In this document: positions 1-12,480 of the stretch, piece by piece
Numbering within the stretch: the first letter of the stretch is position 1
Layout: the number at the start of each line of letters is the position of its first letter
DNA from: Lytechinus pictus
Taxonomy: Eukaryota
Length of the DNA: 64,000 bases
NCBI RefSeq assembly: GCF_037042905.1
Contig: NC_087245.1
Span: forward strand, 16,866,001-16,930,000
Direction: 5' to 3'
Program-made: the position numbers and the translations under genes
The notes under the pieces: model-generated
Database searches by the model: none
What the model saw: the letters and a program-made list of their open reading frames with translations, nothing else
Told to the model about the DNA's origin: nothing

Positions 1-1552
1 CGGCCCCTGATATAGGCAAGAGTTATGGGGCGTTCTTACAAAACAGCGGTCAATATTGAAAAACAAGATATTGCAAGATATTCTTTATATCCAATATTTC
101 AAATATTCATTCCATTTTCTTTTTATGTTGCTTGTTTCATTAAAGAATAAAGTCGAAAGGAACGTTTAAAAATGTAACGAAAATATTGCTCTGAGCGTAT
201 TTCACCAACTTTGATTATTTTCATTTAAGTTTCATTTTCTTTACTTTCCCACCAACAAACACTGACGCAAACTGACTGATAACAAGTCATGTAAAACAAA
301 CGTAATATCTTTGATTGGTCTGAGTTTGGTTGTAAAATTGAGGGACTTCGTAAGCAATTTCGTTATAACATAAATATAAGATAACAAAAGTTTTAACATA
401 AATTTGAACTGGCGACATAATTTCTTTTAAATCATATTGAAATTTTAGGGAAGAGAAAATTTATGCATATTAGGCAAATGATTTTGACAAGTAATAAAAG
501 ATTTATCGCTGCCGTAAAAAAGTGCTTGATTGTCGCTAATTTTGATTTTATTACAAAGAAAAAAGATTCTCGGCAAGAGTGCATGGGGAAAAAAAATCCG
601 CCTTCATTCTAAAAGGGGGTGGCGAAGAGGAAAGACGCTAATGGCTCTACTAATCGTAGGTTACTAACTGTACCACTTTGAACCAAGGGGGCACACATGC
701 TTCCCCACGATCCATTAAAGGTAATAATCAAGAGAAGGGGGTGGTCTGGTATATACCGCAACCCTATTCCTTATTGTATACCCTACAGTTATCAATTCAC
801 TTAAAAATAGATATCCACGCTGGCTGCGTCACGTGGGGGCATGGACCGACGTCTGTCCTTCAGATTTCGCCAAGAAAAAAATAGGGAAAAAAGAGGAAGG
901 TGAAGTAAAAGGAATTAAGGGGGACGAAATGGAAGAAAAAAGACAAGAGTATCAAAGAGGTCATGGCATGTCATGACACACGCTATATAGGGGAAGGGGG
1001 CATTTAGGCTGCGGTCCCGCCACCACTATCTGGTGCCGCCCCTGAATTTCCCACTTTTGATTAATTGTGACATGGAGGTCATCATATTCGTCATCATGCA
1101 AGTCGATTTTACGTTTGATTTATTTGATAAATTTACCCAATCATTATTTGTAAAGTCATTTTTTTTTTCACTGAGGACCTAATGTAAAAGAATCAAATGT
1201 GAAAACTGTAATCCACCAATCTAAATTAGCCAGGGCTTATTCATGTATGAAAATCGTAACAATTTGCACTGGCGTTTTTATATTCCCGACCTTTCGTTGG
1301 AGAACGCGAACGCTTATTTGCGACGGTAGTTGATTTTGGAAGAGACTTTTGGGCCCGTCGTCATGGTCGTAAAACTCTGTCCTGCAATGCAAATTGTGTG
1401 ACATGAGATTTTTTTTCGTTTCGCATCTGGAACGGAAACATTCAATCTGCGTTTCGTGTGCAAAATTCTGGTTGCTACTATGGTAACAGCGATATTATCC
1501 GATTTAGGACGACTTTCCAAAGCCACATTTGGTTCCTCCCAGAGCTCGAGAG

Positions 1553-1893
1553 GCGTTTCCGTTTTACACCCTGGCGAAGGCATTTTCCGCAAAAATAGCC
1601 ACAAAGCGACTAGTGAAGAGTCTACACACGTCGCTGGTTGCAGCGTGCGACACACCACCGCATGCAATCAGATCCAGAGCACAGAGTTCCTCGGCATTTC
1701 ATGTACAGAGAGCAGTCATATGAGTGAAATCCGAACATGCTTTTGCAGTTACGTTTTTTTTAATGAAAGTTAATGACAGACAAAATCAAAATAAACAGAT
1801 ACCTATAATAGAAAGACAAATTGAAGTTTGATGGATTGATACACATAGATGCCGAAAGATAGATATATAGAAGACTGATAAATAGATAGAGAC

Positions 1894-1926
<33 letters not shown>

Positions 1927-3086
1927 AATAGAGAGTGAGAGAAAGACATGCAGAGAGATGGATGAATATAGATAGATGGGGGAGAGAACTTGAGAGAGGG
2001 GGAGAGAGATGTTATAGATAGATAGATAGATGTATGGACGGATAAAGAGAGATAGAGAAAGAGAGAAAAAAGACAGATGGATAGATAGATAGAGAGAGGG
2101 GGAGAGAGAGAGCATTAGAGAGATAGATAGATGTTATATAGATAGGTAAAGAATGAGAGAGACATAGAAGATAGACAAATTAAAAGATAGATAGATAGAT
2201 AGATAATGTAGTTACATAAATAGAGAGAAATGCAGACAGACAGATAGATAGATAGATAGATAGATAGAGGGGGAGAGAGAGAGATGAATTTGAGAGATAG
2301 GTAGATGTTAGATAGATAGATAGATAAAGAGGGAGAGAGACAGAGAAGATTAACAGATAGATAGATACTGTAGTTACATAGATAAATAGAAGATAGATAG
2401 ATAGATGGGGAGAGAACTTGAGAGATGGAGAGATGTTAAAGATAGATAGATATATATATGGACGGAAAAAGAGAAAGAGATAAAAAAAAAAGACAGACAG
2501 ATGGATAGATAGATAGATAGAGGGGGAGAGAGGAGATAGATAGATAGATAGATATAAGATAAAGAATGAGAGAGACAGAGAAGATAGACAAATTAACACA
2601 TAGATAGATATTGTAGTTACATAGATAGATAGATAGATAGATAGAGGGAGAGAGAGAGAGATAGATAGAAAATTTGAGAGATAGATAGATAAAGAATGAG
2701 AGAGACAGAGAAAAAAAGACAGACAGATTGATAGATAGATAGATATATAGATACTGTAGTTACATAGATAGATAAATAGATAGAAGATAGATAGATGGGG
2801 GAGAGAACTTGAGAGATGGAGAGATATGTTATAGATAGATAGATATATGGACGGAAAAAAGAGAAAGAGAGGAGAGAACAAAAGACAGACAGATGGATAG
2901 ATAGATAGATAGAGGGAGATATCTAGAGAATTTGAGAGATAGATGTTCTGCGGATATCTTCGGTGCGGACTTTTGGATCGCGCGCCCAGCTGATTATGTA
3001 AACAAACGTAGACGTAGACTCTTCACTAGTCGCTTTGTGGCTATTTTTGCGGAAAATGCCTTCGCCAGGGTGTAAAACGGAAACGC
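1553..3086. mobile_element. Inverted-repeat-bounded (foldback/MITE-like) element with 73-bp perfect arms enclosing a GATA/GA satellite
   Basis: 1553-1625 (gcgtttccgttttacaccctggcg...gaagagtctac) is the exact reverse complement of 3014-3086. No transposase ORF and no clear target-site duplication (TSD). Confidence 0.65.
1780..2945 (+). repeat. Compound (GATA)n/(GA)n satellite with a higher-order unit
   Basis: Many GATA runs. The block ggagagaacttgagag...atatggacgg...aaagaga recurs near 1980, 2410 and 2800. Confidence 0.9.
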
Positions 3087-3089
3087 GCG

Positions 3090-3389
3090 CCCGGGGGCCC
3101 ACTTCCATTGAAGAGTGGATACCAGGCGCGACCACGCGTAAAAAGGGAAAGAGTGGGCAAGTACGTTACGTATAGGCCTATGTAACGTTATAAGGGTGTC
3201 AAAAACGATGTTTAAAATACTGAAAAGGAGGATATGTTTTCAATACTTGTAGGGTTTCACAAGCTAAATACTTGTTAAGAGATGCATTTTCATAATCTGG
3301 AAAAGCCTTGCTTCCCTTGTTTAGGGCGCTTTTCGAAACCGCATGGTCGTGCCTGGTATCCACACATCAATGGAAGTGGTCCCCTCGGG
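3090..3389. mobile_element. MITE-like element with ~50-bp imperfect terminal inverted repeats (TIRs)
   Basis: Left end cccgggggcccacttccattgaagagtggataccaggcgcgacca pairs with right end tggtcgtgcctggtatccacacatcaatggaagtggtcccctcggg. Confidence 0.7.
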
Positions 3390-5001
3390 AATTCGAATCT
3401 AATCCCCCATTTATGGGGAAAGTAAAACATAATGCCCATTACATTGTGTGCTAGAGGCATATCGTTTGTGTAGGAGTAAACAAAAGAAATTTCGGCTGGT
3501 ACGTGTTCAGACCAAGGTAACTCCTTGTTCAGACGTATACATGCTGTGTACATAATCAACGCATGCGAAATGGTTTCTGCTGGAGAGGTGATGTGACCCA
3601 TTGAATCAATTGCCAGAGATCCACCAATAATCCACATTAAATGCAATATCGATTCGATGGACTGTAATGATCTATATCTAAGCCTTAATTCAGAAACTTT
3701 TTCCTCACTCAATATGTACTCGATTTGTTTGAAAAACCACTTTCTTATCCATGTCATAATCTATTGTAGGTCCTGCATTTCGAATATCTCCAGCCATCAG
3801 TCGTAATGTACATCATGCATGTATGGTGCGGGTGTCGCGGGAAAGAATTTTGCACACGAAAAGCAGATCTGTATAGGGCCTGTAACCCCCTGTAACACAA
3901 AGCTTAGCATTGATTGTAGAGCAGTTTTCTACGTTTGATTCTATTGACTATAATGTACAATCAATCTAAAAAATCAAGTGTATGATTAAGAGTTAAATTT
4001 TGTGTTAGGGGACCCTAATATTAGCGTCCGTGAGGTTTGCGAAAGGCCCCAATTAACCCGTTCACGACGGAGCTCATGCCATAAACTTTGGGCGTCCCCA
4101 AGAGCCGTACGTAGATCCATGGGTCGAGGAGACGAGTAAGTAGGCTAACATCTGGCGGGGGAAAAAAACTCGAAAGCGAAAGAGTGCCGAAGTCACCCAG
4201 CTTAATTATCCTGATGGCACTTCTTCATATTCGATAGTGAAATTAGATGATTTTGGTTTACAATTTTAATGAATTTTTATAAAACATTCAGCATAAAAAC
4301 GGTGTAAGCTTTCACTGCCCCCGCCCCTACCAACGCAGAGTACGCTGGCATTGAAGAAATCTTGCCACATACATATCTTTTTTAATTCAAAAGTATTTTG
4401 TAATGATCCTGCAAAAAAACACACAAAAAGTGCATGTTTCAAGTTACCCGTGATTCTCGGTATGTCTTTTTTTTTCTCCAAAAATAAGAAAAATAGGATT
4501 TCAGGCTTGAACAGTAGGATAAAAAGGAATAAATTAAAGAATGTGATTTTTTTGGCACAATTACGGTTGGCAGCTCTAGCCGAGTCATGATATTACAATA
4601 ATCCAGGGATGCTAGCTGAATTCAGACTCATTGGGCATGTTGGGCAGTCGGTCATGTATGGTTTTTAATAGTCTGCAGGCACAGACCGCGATTGGAACTT
4701 TGATCAACAAGTGTGCCTCCACGCAAAGACTAGCACATACGAGCTAGAGAGCCTCGATCCAGTACACAAGGCATGAGTAGGCTGCACATCCAGACCCTTA
4801 ACTCGAGTGAAGGGTTTGCCCAGCAGACTAGGATTTGACATTTGACCTCTGTGGTAGTGGTGACACTCGTGACAGTATAGTCAAAGGCTAGCTATAAATA
4901 ATTTAAAGATGAAAATGAAAGAAAAAAATAGTGGCCCAGTGACACCTTCAGACTCGAACCGCGGCCATCGATCACCAAAGAGGGAAAAGATAAATAGAAT
5001 A

Positions 5002-5301
5002 AAAAGGATTGGGTCTCACTATGTTGAACGGGCTGCAAGCCGCCGCCTATTCACAGGCGCTATCCCACTACTGCTCCACACGGGGACTTTTGCCTGCTGC
5101 GTTTCCGCCCTGGGCCAGTACGTCCCTCCTTAGACGACCTGGTTGCCCGATCTTCCGATCAAGTAACCATATCGATGCCGAGCTTAGCGCGGACGCCCGA
5201 TCGCCATAGAACGACGACATACAGGACTCCCGCTCTCAAACGATCCACCAACCCCGACCTCCAAGTAGCTGGATTACAGGCGCACGCCACAACGCCCGGT
5301 C
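5002..5301 (-). ncRNA. RN7SL: 7SL / signal recognition particle (SRP) RNA gene
   Basis: The minus strand starts GACCGGGCGTTGTGGCGTGCGCCTGTAATCCAGCTACTTGGAGG (Alu domain). It contains TAAGGAGGG...CCCAGGGCGGAAACGCAGCAGG (S domain, helix 8 with GNRA loop) and ends CAACATAGTGAGACCCAATCCTTTTT (Pol III terminator). Length is about 300 nt, as for metazoan 7SL. Confidence 0.96.
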
Positions 5302-5916
5302 GAAGTAAAAGAGTCAAAATAGCGATATATCAGTGTTAAATGAATATGCATGATCTGGATGTAATTATTCAGGTTTGATAATACGGCAGCTATTTTCCTG
5401 TATGATGCGGTAAGAGTTTCACAGAGTTGTACAACTGACAATAGGTTGTAATAAAAGCAGCTTTATAGAAAATATTGGTGAAGGTTTGAGAAAATCCATC
5501 AGAAAATAATTAATTTATAAATGTTAACATTTTAATTATCATGGGACGTCATATGCGAGCAGCTCCCCCATAGGCATAGTGCCTACATAAATTTCATGAA
5601 TTAATTTTTTTGTATTCTTGTAGAAAACAGCTGTGATGTGTCTCAGGAGCGGCTGGGGGGAAGCACGCGTAAAACTTTTGGAAAAAACTTGAAAGCGAGG
5701 GAGCGAAGCAACGGAGCTTATCACTGATTAGACCAAAAGCTTCAGTCTCTGTATTTTGGTTGTTCCGCTGAACTACGTTGGCTCCTTGAAATGTCAGAAA
5801 TTGTTAAGGAAATCCCCAGAAACGACGGTTATTCCTGTCTAATCACTGATGTGCTTTTGCATTTGTGAAATTTATGGATTTCGTGCATACATTTGCAGGA
5901 AAACAATGTGAGTTTT

Positions 5917-5947
<31 letters not shown>

Positions 5948-6199
5948 GGGGGGGGGGGGGCTCCCCCGCTGCGTGCGGCCATGACCCTAAAACAAAGAAG
6001 AAATGACTTATCTACCCCACTCACATGACTCGTGAAACTTAAGGCACTTAGGATTATTTTCACGAGTTTTTTCATTCATTATGCACTTGCAGAAGGAATT
6101 AAGCAGACTGGCGCTTAAAGAAACCGCGGGCGCTCCTCGAGCACAAAAAAGTGGTTTTTCAGGACAACTTATCTGATATGAAGAACAGGCACCTATGAG

Positions 6200-6810
6200 A
6201 AGGGAAAGGGGCACTCGTTAACACACGGTACTTCGCAATTGAAAGGGGCACAGACTCACGTTCGTGAGGGCACTTTTCATGGGTGAAAAGGGTCACTGAT
6301 ACGAGAAAGGGCACCTAAAAGATGGCAACAGGCCCCGCAACAGGCTCACAGGGCACTAGCTTGCTAACAGCATAAAACGGATCCTTCTCACCGCAGGTGA
6401 AAGGGGCACAGGACGTTCGTGAGGGGCACTTGTCATGGGTGAAAAGGGGCACTGATTCGAGAAAGGGCACTTACAAGAAGGCAATGAAGCTCTTGACATA
6501 AAACGGGCCCTTCTCAGGTGAAAGTGACACAGAACACGTACTTTGTGAGGGTGATTTTTTGTTAAAATTTGGCACTTATGCGAAATTTGCCACTTACAGA
6601 CTTGCTAACATGGGTTGAGTCAGGTGAAAAGGGCACAGAACACGTACGTCCGTGAGGGGCATTTTTTTTTTTTTTTGGGGGGGGGGATTGGCACTTATAC
6701 GAGAAACGGCAATTGGTAACACCCAAAACGGGTCCTCTAATTCCGATGAAAAGGGCACAGTACACGTTCGTGAGGGGGCATTTTCTTGAGTAAAAAAGGG
6801 CACTTTTCAG
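6200..6810 (+). repeat. Degenerate minisatellite built on aaaggggcac / gttcgtgaggggcac motifs
   Basis: More than a dozen copies of (a)aagg(g)gcac, with recurring cacgttcgtgagggg and ggtgaaaagggg sub-blocks. Confidence 0.75.
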
Positions 6811-7451
6811 GTTTTGCCAGCCGTTACCAAGTATCATTTTGTTTCACTAACTGACCAACCTGCTCTCTAGTTTTATCACTCGGAAGCCCCCCCCCCCCCC
6901 CCAAAAAAAAAAGAAACATGTACAAATGTTTCATTCCCGATGCATGCACAATAATGATTCTTCAATCGCTCCTTTCTGAAAAAAAAGGAAGAGAAAACAT
7001 GCACAAAATTTCTATTCCATAGGCCTATTGTTTCAATTCAGTTCAATTCAATAGAAACGTAATTGGCTTACATGAAACAAAGTGCACACAATATTAGTAA
7101 GAATTTCTTGTACCAACATGACCAATTGGCAAGTGCGAGATCAGGCAAGGACTTTCAACTGCTGCAACTTTGTAATTATAGCATGATGGCAACTAACATG
7201 GTAACAGATATCAGCAGCCAATAATCAAGGTTTCTATGGTAGTTGCCATAATTTCAAATTTACAACAGTTGCAAGTCCTATATGAAACGGAGTCATGCAG
7301 CTTAATATAGCATATAGTCCTGACGTGCAGACCATATGTGTTTCCGTAACTGATATTAAAGTCCAAAATCCTTCATTGAATTCTCAGCTGCACTGTCTGA
7401 GGACCGTCTATCTTAATTGGCCCTTCATTTTCAAAAACTCAATTTTTAATA

Positions 7452-7620
7452 CCTCAGTCACATTTCCTCTCCGGCGGCCGTACGGCGAGTCGAAAATAAC
7501 CATTTTATTCATTGGTATTCAAACAACCTTATGTAGCTGGACAAAATAACTTTAAAAACGTGTGTCGATTCGCCGTACGGCCACCGCGTGGCGGCGTGCC
7601 GTAGGGGAAATGTGACTGAG
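7452..7620. mobile_element. Small palindromic MITE-like element
   Basis: cctcagtcacatttcc...gccgtacggcgagtcga pairs with tcgattcgccgtacggc...ggaaatgtgactgag. Confidence 0.6.
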
Positions 7621-8171
7621 CTGTACGGTTCAGCTTCAGGGCCATCAAAACCGAGTGCACCCCCCGGCCCCCCCTCCCCCCCCCCCCCCCCCCGCCGTAC
7701 TGCACTGGTGCGATCTGCTTGTATGTGACGTCACAAATAAAAAAAAATCACTCTCCACTTTTTTCGGCTTTTGATAAAACTAACTCAATGTCAGGGTGAA
7801 CTCGACCCCCGTTAATATGATATTTTATCTGACATGTCCGGATGTTTTATCCGACATTTACCACAATCAAAACCAAGGATAGTTGTCGGCGTGGCGGCGT
7901 GCCGTAGGGGAAATGTGACTGAGCTGTACGGTTCAGCTTCAGGGCCATCAAAACCGAGTGCACCCCCCGGCCCCCCCGCCGTACTGCACTGGTGCGATCT
8001 GCTTGTATGTGACGTCACAAATAAAAAAAAATCACTCTCCACTTTTTTCGGCTTTTGATAAAACTAACTCAATGTCAGGGTGAACTCGACCCCCGTTAAT
8101 ATGATATTTTATCTGACATGTCCGGATGTTTTATCCGACATTTACCACAATCAAAACCAAGGATAATTGTC
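7586..8171 (+). repeat. Near-identical tandem duplication of ~290 bp
   Basis: Copies 7586-7887 and 7889-8171 differ mainly in the length of a poly-C run. Confidence 0.92.
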
Positions 8172-8213
8172 AGATCCAACTCCAAGATCCCTATAATATA
8201 GATCCGACAACTT

Positions 8214-8360
8214 GGGCCCGTTGCATAAAACTTTTTACCTGAGAAAACTCAGGTTGTTTTTACCGGAGTTTTTGCCCTGTGTTAAAGTCAATGGCAGAAA
8301 TCAGACTTACCTTAGTTTTCAGTTTTTACCAGAGTTTTCTCAGGTAAAAAGTTTTCATAA
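8214..8360. mobile_element. Palindromic MITE (gggcccgttgcataaaa family)
   Basis: aaaactttttacctgagaaaactc pairs with gagttttctcaggtaaaaagtttt. The same terminus occurs in the element at 24979-25137. Confidence 0.6.
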
Positions 8361-8579
8361 TCCTTGCTAACCGTGAGAGAAAATGTCTGCCGTATGCTAA
8401 CTAAATTTGCATAATTAGTTTTATCTTTTTTTTTTGAGTATTACAAATATTGGTTTGAGGTTGCAATTGTTTAATATTACCTGTAAATACTAAATTTTGG
8501 TGAAAATCATTTTTATTTAATGTTTCAAAAAAATTAGAATAATAAAATTTAGCACTTTAATTTCATTGCTAAGTTATAT

Positions 8580-8699
8580 TTCGCCGCATATCGGGTCTGG
8601 TCGATCGGAAGTTAAGTATCGGTAGTTCGAGTATCTAAATCCGTGAGATCTAACTTCACAACTACGGAAATTTTTTGTTTTACCCATGTTTCCCAGCTT
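8580..8699 (+). promoter_or_regulatory. Putative MCRS1 promoter and non-coding first exon
   Basis: CpG-richer patch with an ETS-like cggaagt near 8606. A strong donor ctt|gtaagt at 8699/8700 could splice to the acceptor at 12439/12440. The transcription start cannot be determined. Confidence 0.45.
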
Positions 8700-11600
8700 G
8701 TAAGTATGTTTTTTTTTTGTTATAAACGTCAGTATCAATGTCTTACAGGATTTTATAATTACTTTCGAATTATGTAATGAGGACTAGGACTAGCTAGAAA
8801 GGTAGGGATTGATTTATTGAATTGAGCTGAGCCGGAGCCTGAGGCCGTCACCTGTGGGAATTCGGTCCCATACCTTGTGAATCGTGTCGTGTTTATAATT
8901 ATAGAGCTAGACCCACTCTCACCCGGTCAGGAAGCGGGCCGGAGCCCGCCCATGGGTTCATATCAGCTCGCGTGCGAAGGAATAACAGTCATATTCACGC
9001 GACACACACGACACATCCAAAATATACTGGGCTTTTGCCCACATAAAATATCACGCATAATCTGGTATTTCACATTCTGCTAGGCCTATGTCTATGTCAT
9101 GAGTATGAGTATGACTATGTATGACACTTACCGAATCATTTGATTTACTCATCCTTCCGTGACTTCTCCTTGAAGTTGAACTTAGTTAGTTTCTTTTTAA
9201 AAATATGTAGGCCTAGGCCTATATATTTTCTTGATCTTTAGTGAAGATTTCATGGAGATAAAAATTGGTTAGTGTGGATATCAATTTTCTCCTAAAGAGG
9301 GCGCGCGATTTATATTCATATCAAAGACACGACAAGGCACGCGAGGGAAAGACTAGGCACCTAGCCTACACTATTTTACACGCAAATCGACGCAAGGGCA
9401 AGGGCAGGCATTACGCGAAGTCCGTAAAGTGTCCAATCTTTTCATTGTATAGACTATAGACTTTGGTATACCGTATTATTGACGTTCGTTAAAGCTTGTA
9501 CTGCTGGTTTTGTTCCAGGCATGTGTATTTTTTTCAATTTTTTTTTATTAGTCATCGTTTTAAATTAATTGCAAAAAAGTGTTTAATATCATCGCCAATA
9601 GTAATCTTGAATTTTGCTCTTTTTATAATGAAATTATTTCAAAATCATATGTATAATTTTGTTATGTATTGCTACTTACCGGAAAGAGCCCCGGTGCGTA
9701 GCGAGAAGGAGTTTCGGCAAATATTACTTCAGCAATGAAGCGATGTTTGCCGACTACTTCGAAATCCAGGGTCAAACACGGTCCCTTGTATTAGTGTGAG
9801 TGGCCGGAGCCCAGGCCAGGACTCGACCGTGCAAAACGAGGGAGACACTGGGGTAGATTGGGGTCTCAATAGTAATCTTAATAAAATGTGGAAACAGAAA
9901 TTATGCACTTACCACGATTACCGTATATGGTCCTATGGATAAAGGTCTATCATTACTGACATTAGCGAGTTCGATGAAACGGCAGTTTCGTAATTTATAT
10001 CTGTTTGTACACGAAAACTGATGTTGCAAACATTGATAAAACTTTCTAATTGATCTTTTACCTTTCTAAAGACATCTATGTGTAGAGGAAAAGTTTCTTG
10101 TTCTTTTGATACCGTTTATTTGACTAGTATAATCTCTGGAAAAGTGGAAAATTCTGAGTTTTGAAATCCATTGACTTCGGAACACTACGCGATCGTGTAT
10201 TCATTGGAGGCCGCCATTTTGTTAAAATTTCTGACTGACCTCTGCACTCTGATACTACTTCTGGGGCACTAAACTTGCAGAAGGCCATTGTCGGCGGTGA
10301 TTATACGCTGCGGGAGATTCTAAGCTTTCATTTGATACCAAGATTGTTGAGGTTTAGACTAGAGCATTTTTCCTGGTGTTCAAAGCCAGAGAACAATAAG
10401 TCTTATTTTTTGTCTATATTTTCAGGTATTTTCTTGATGAAAAACATGTAAAAAGAGCATTAGGGAGGGGGAGAAACCTAGTACATGAAGTACATGTAGA
10501 AACCCATATTTTCTGAAAGTTTGAAGTTTTCTGAATGAATTAATGGTATACAATGTTAATGCATTCATACAATTGCATGGAATCGCATACGCTTGAAAAA
10601 AAAAGCACACATGGAAAATGGGGAATCTCGTCGACCTCGTTTTTACTCATTACGTAATAATTATATTAGTGCTGCCACCAAACGGATATCCGAACGGTTT
10701 CCGCCCGCGTGGACGGATAACGGTTTTCATTTTTCGGGTTCGGGTATCCGTGGACACTGATTCACCACTTTCCTGTCACAAAAACTCATTTAATTTAGTA
10801 AGACTCACCAACAAAATTTATAAGTTTTAGTCGCCAATATGATCGCCAATATCAATTAATCTTCTACGGTAATATATTCCCGCTGAAAACCATCGTTTTT
10901 TATATCAGTTTTGAAACATGACCTTATATCAGTTTTGGAGCATGACCGTCCGTGAATGGAGTAAAGTTCCGTTCTGACAACGATGGCGATTTTACTATGG
11001 TGTCACTTGAGATCGTTTTTCTTTCCCGTCTTATGTTTTGATGATTTCAAATGCGTAACTCATCGTATATTAAACTTTAAACGATAGTTGTTAGAATGAA
11101 GGGATTAAATCATTAAAGTAGATTGAACATTTAAACAGCGTTATTTTTAAGTTAAAAGTATGGAGGAAAACTTGAGAACGTATTTCCCTCCTATCAAAAT
11201 ATCCTTGACTGGCAAGAAGTTGACCTACATGTACATGTAGAAATAAATTCTAAAATGCCTGTTAATCGAGGCATCTGTTCAGCTCACCAACTCAATTTCA
11301 TTTTGACTTCTGTTTTAATGTGTACTGTCAATTATTATGATACTGATTTACTGATTGATAATGGCGGACTTTGTGATGAATGATAATGAGAGTGAAACTG
11401 AAATAAATGACGATGATGATGAGTGATGGCTAGTGAAAATGATTATCAAGATTGGTGAAGATGATAGCGATGAATAATGATGAGAATTATGAAAGAATGA
11501 TAATTGTCAATTGAAAATCTCTTTCATGAATTAATATTTAATATATAAATTACAAAACACACATTTTCCTTTATTTCAGTTTAAATGGCATATCCACTAT

Positions 11601-12480
11601 AAATTTTGATATCCATCATCACGTAAACAACAATACTTAAAATCGTGTCAGAAAGGTTTATGATGTGCGCCTGCTGAGTATGTGGTCGGTTGTGAATCGA
11701 CGTGTTTTGCAGTAAAACTTTCTGGTGATGAATGTAAGTGATTAGTTACTGTTACTGTGATTAAATCTTGTCTTGAATCTTTGTTAGAAGTGTGATTATG
11801 TTTCAGAAGTTCAGAAATGAGAAGCTGGGCTATAATTTGGGGAATGGGGAGAAACCCGACATGAAAATGAAAATATTCCAAGTACGATCCCATTTGAAGG
11901 TGTAGCGAGTGTAATGTGACCAAATATATATCGGACGATTTGCTCCAGACACGTCCAGACAGGACAGCACGTGCATGAGCTGAATGATGTAGGCCTGTCT
12001 GGTTTTAGACTTTTAGTAATAGTAGACTCGCACTTACATAACAGAGACCGAAGCTTTTGGTCTAGTGTGGAAGTATCGACAGCGATAACGATATCCAGTC
12101 ACATTGTCTACGCTGTGAATGGTCTTGGTTCTTGATCGGATCGCTCCAGTATCGATCGAAAATTATCGAGACTCACCAATTTCATGCACATTCACGCGAC
12201 GCTCCGGAAATCAATTGACTTTGTGCATGTTGCGATAGATTCTACAAACGGCAACGAACACGATGCAATATCGACACTAGCTAGCAGTGAATGCGATGTT
12301 ATCTGTTCTATACAGTTTGCCACTGTGCATGTAGATCTAAAGTGTACGTGCATGCATGAAATATTTACATGTACAATGAGATTATGAGAACAAACTCCAT
12401 GCTCATATATTGTACCTTTTTTCCTCCTTCTATATGCAGGGGATTACATAAAAACTTCATCTGAGAAAAAAAGAAGGAAG

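Noticed and set aside
1786..2881. 109-aa and 233-aa minus-strand ORFs rich in LSIY
   Set aside because: They are translations of the (TATC)n satellite, not protein-coding sequence.
5002..5301. Alu-like SINE
   Set aside because: It contains the full S domain and terminator, so it is a 7SL gene and not an Alu.
6200..6810. CRISPR-like repeat-spacer array
   Set aside because: The repeats are degenerate and irregularly spaced, the intervening sequence is itself repetitive, the context is eukaryotic and there are no cas genes.
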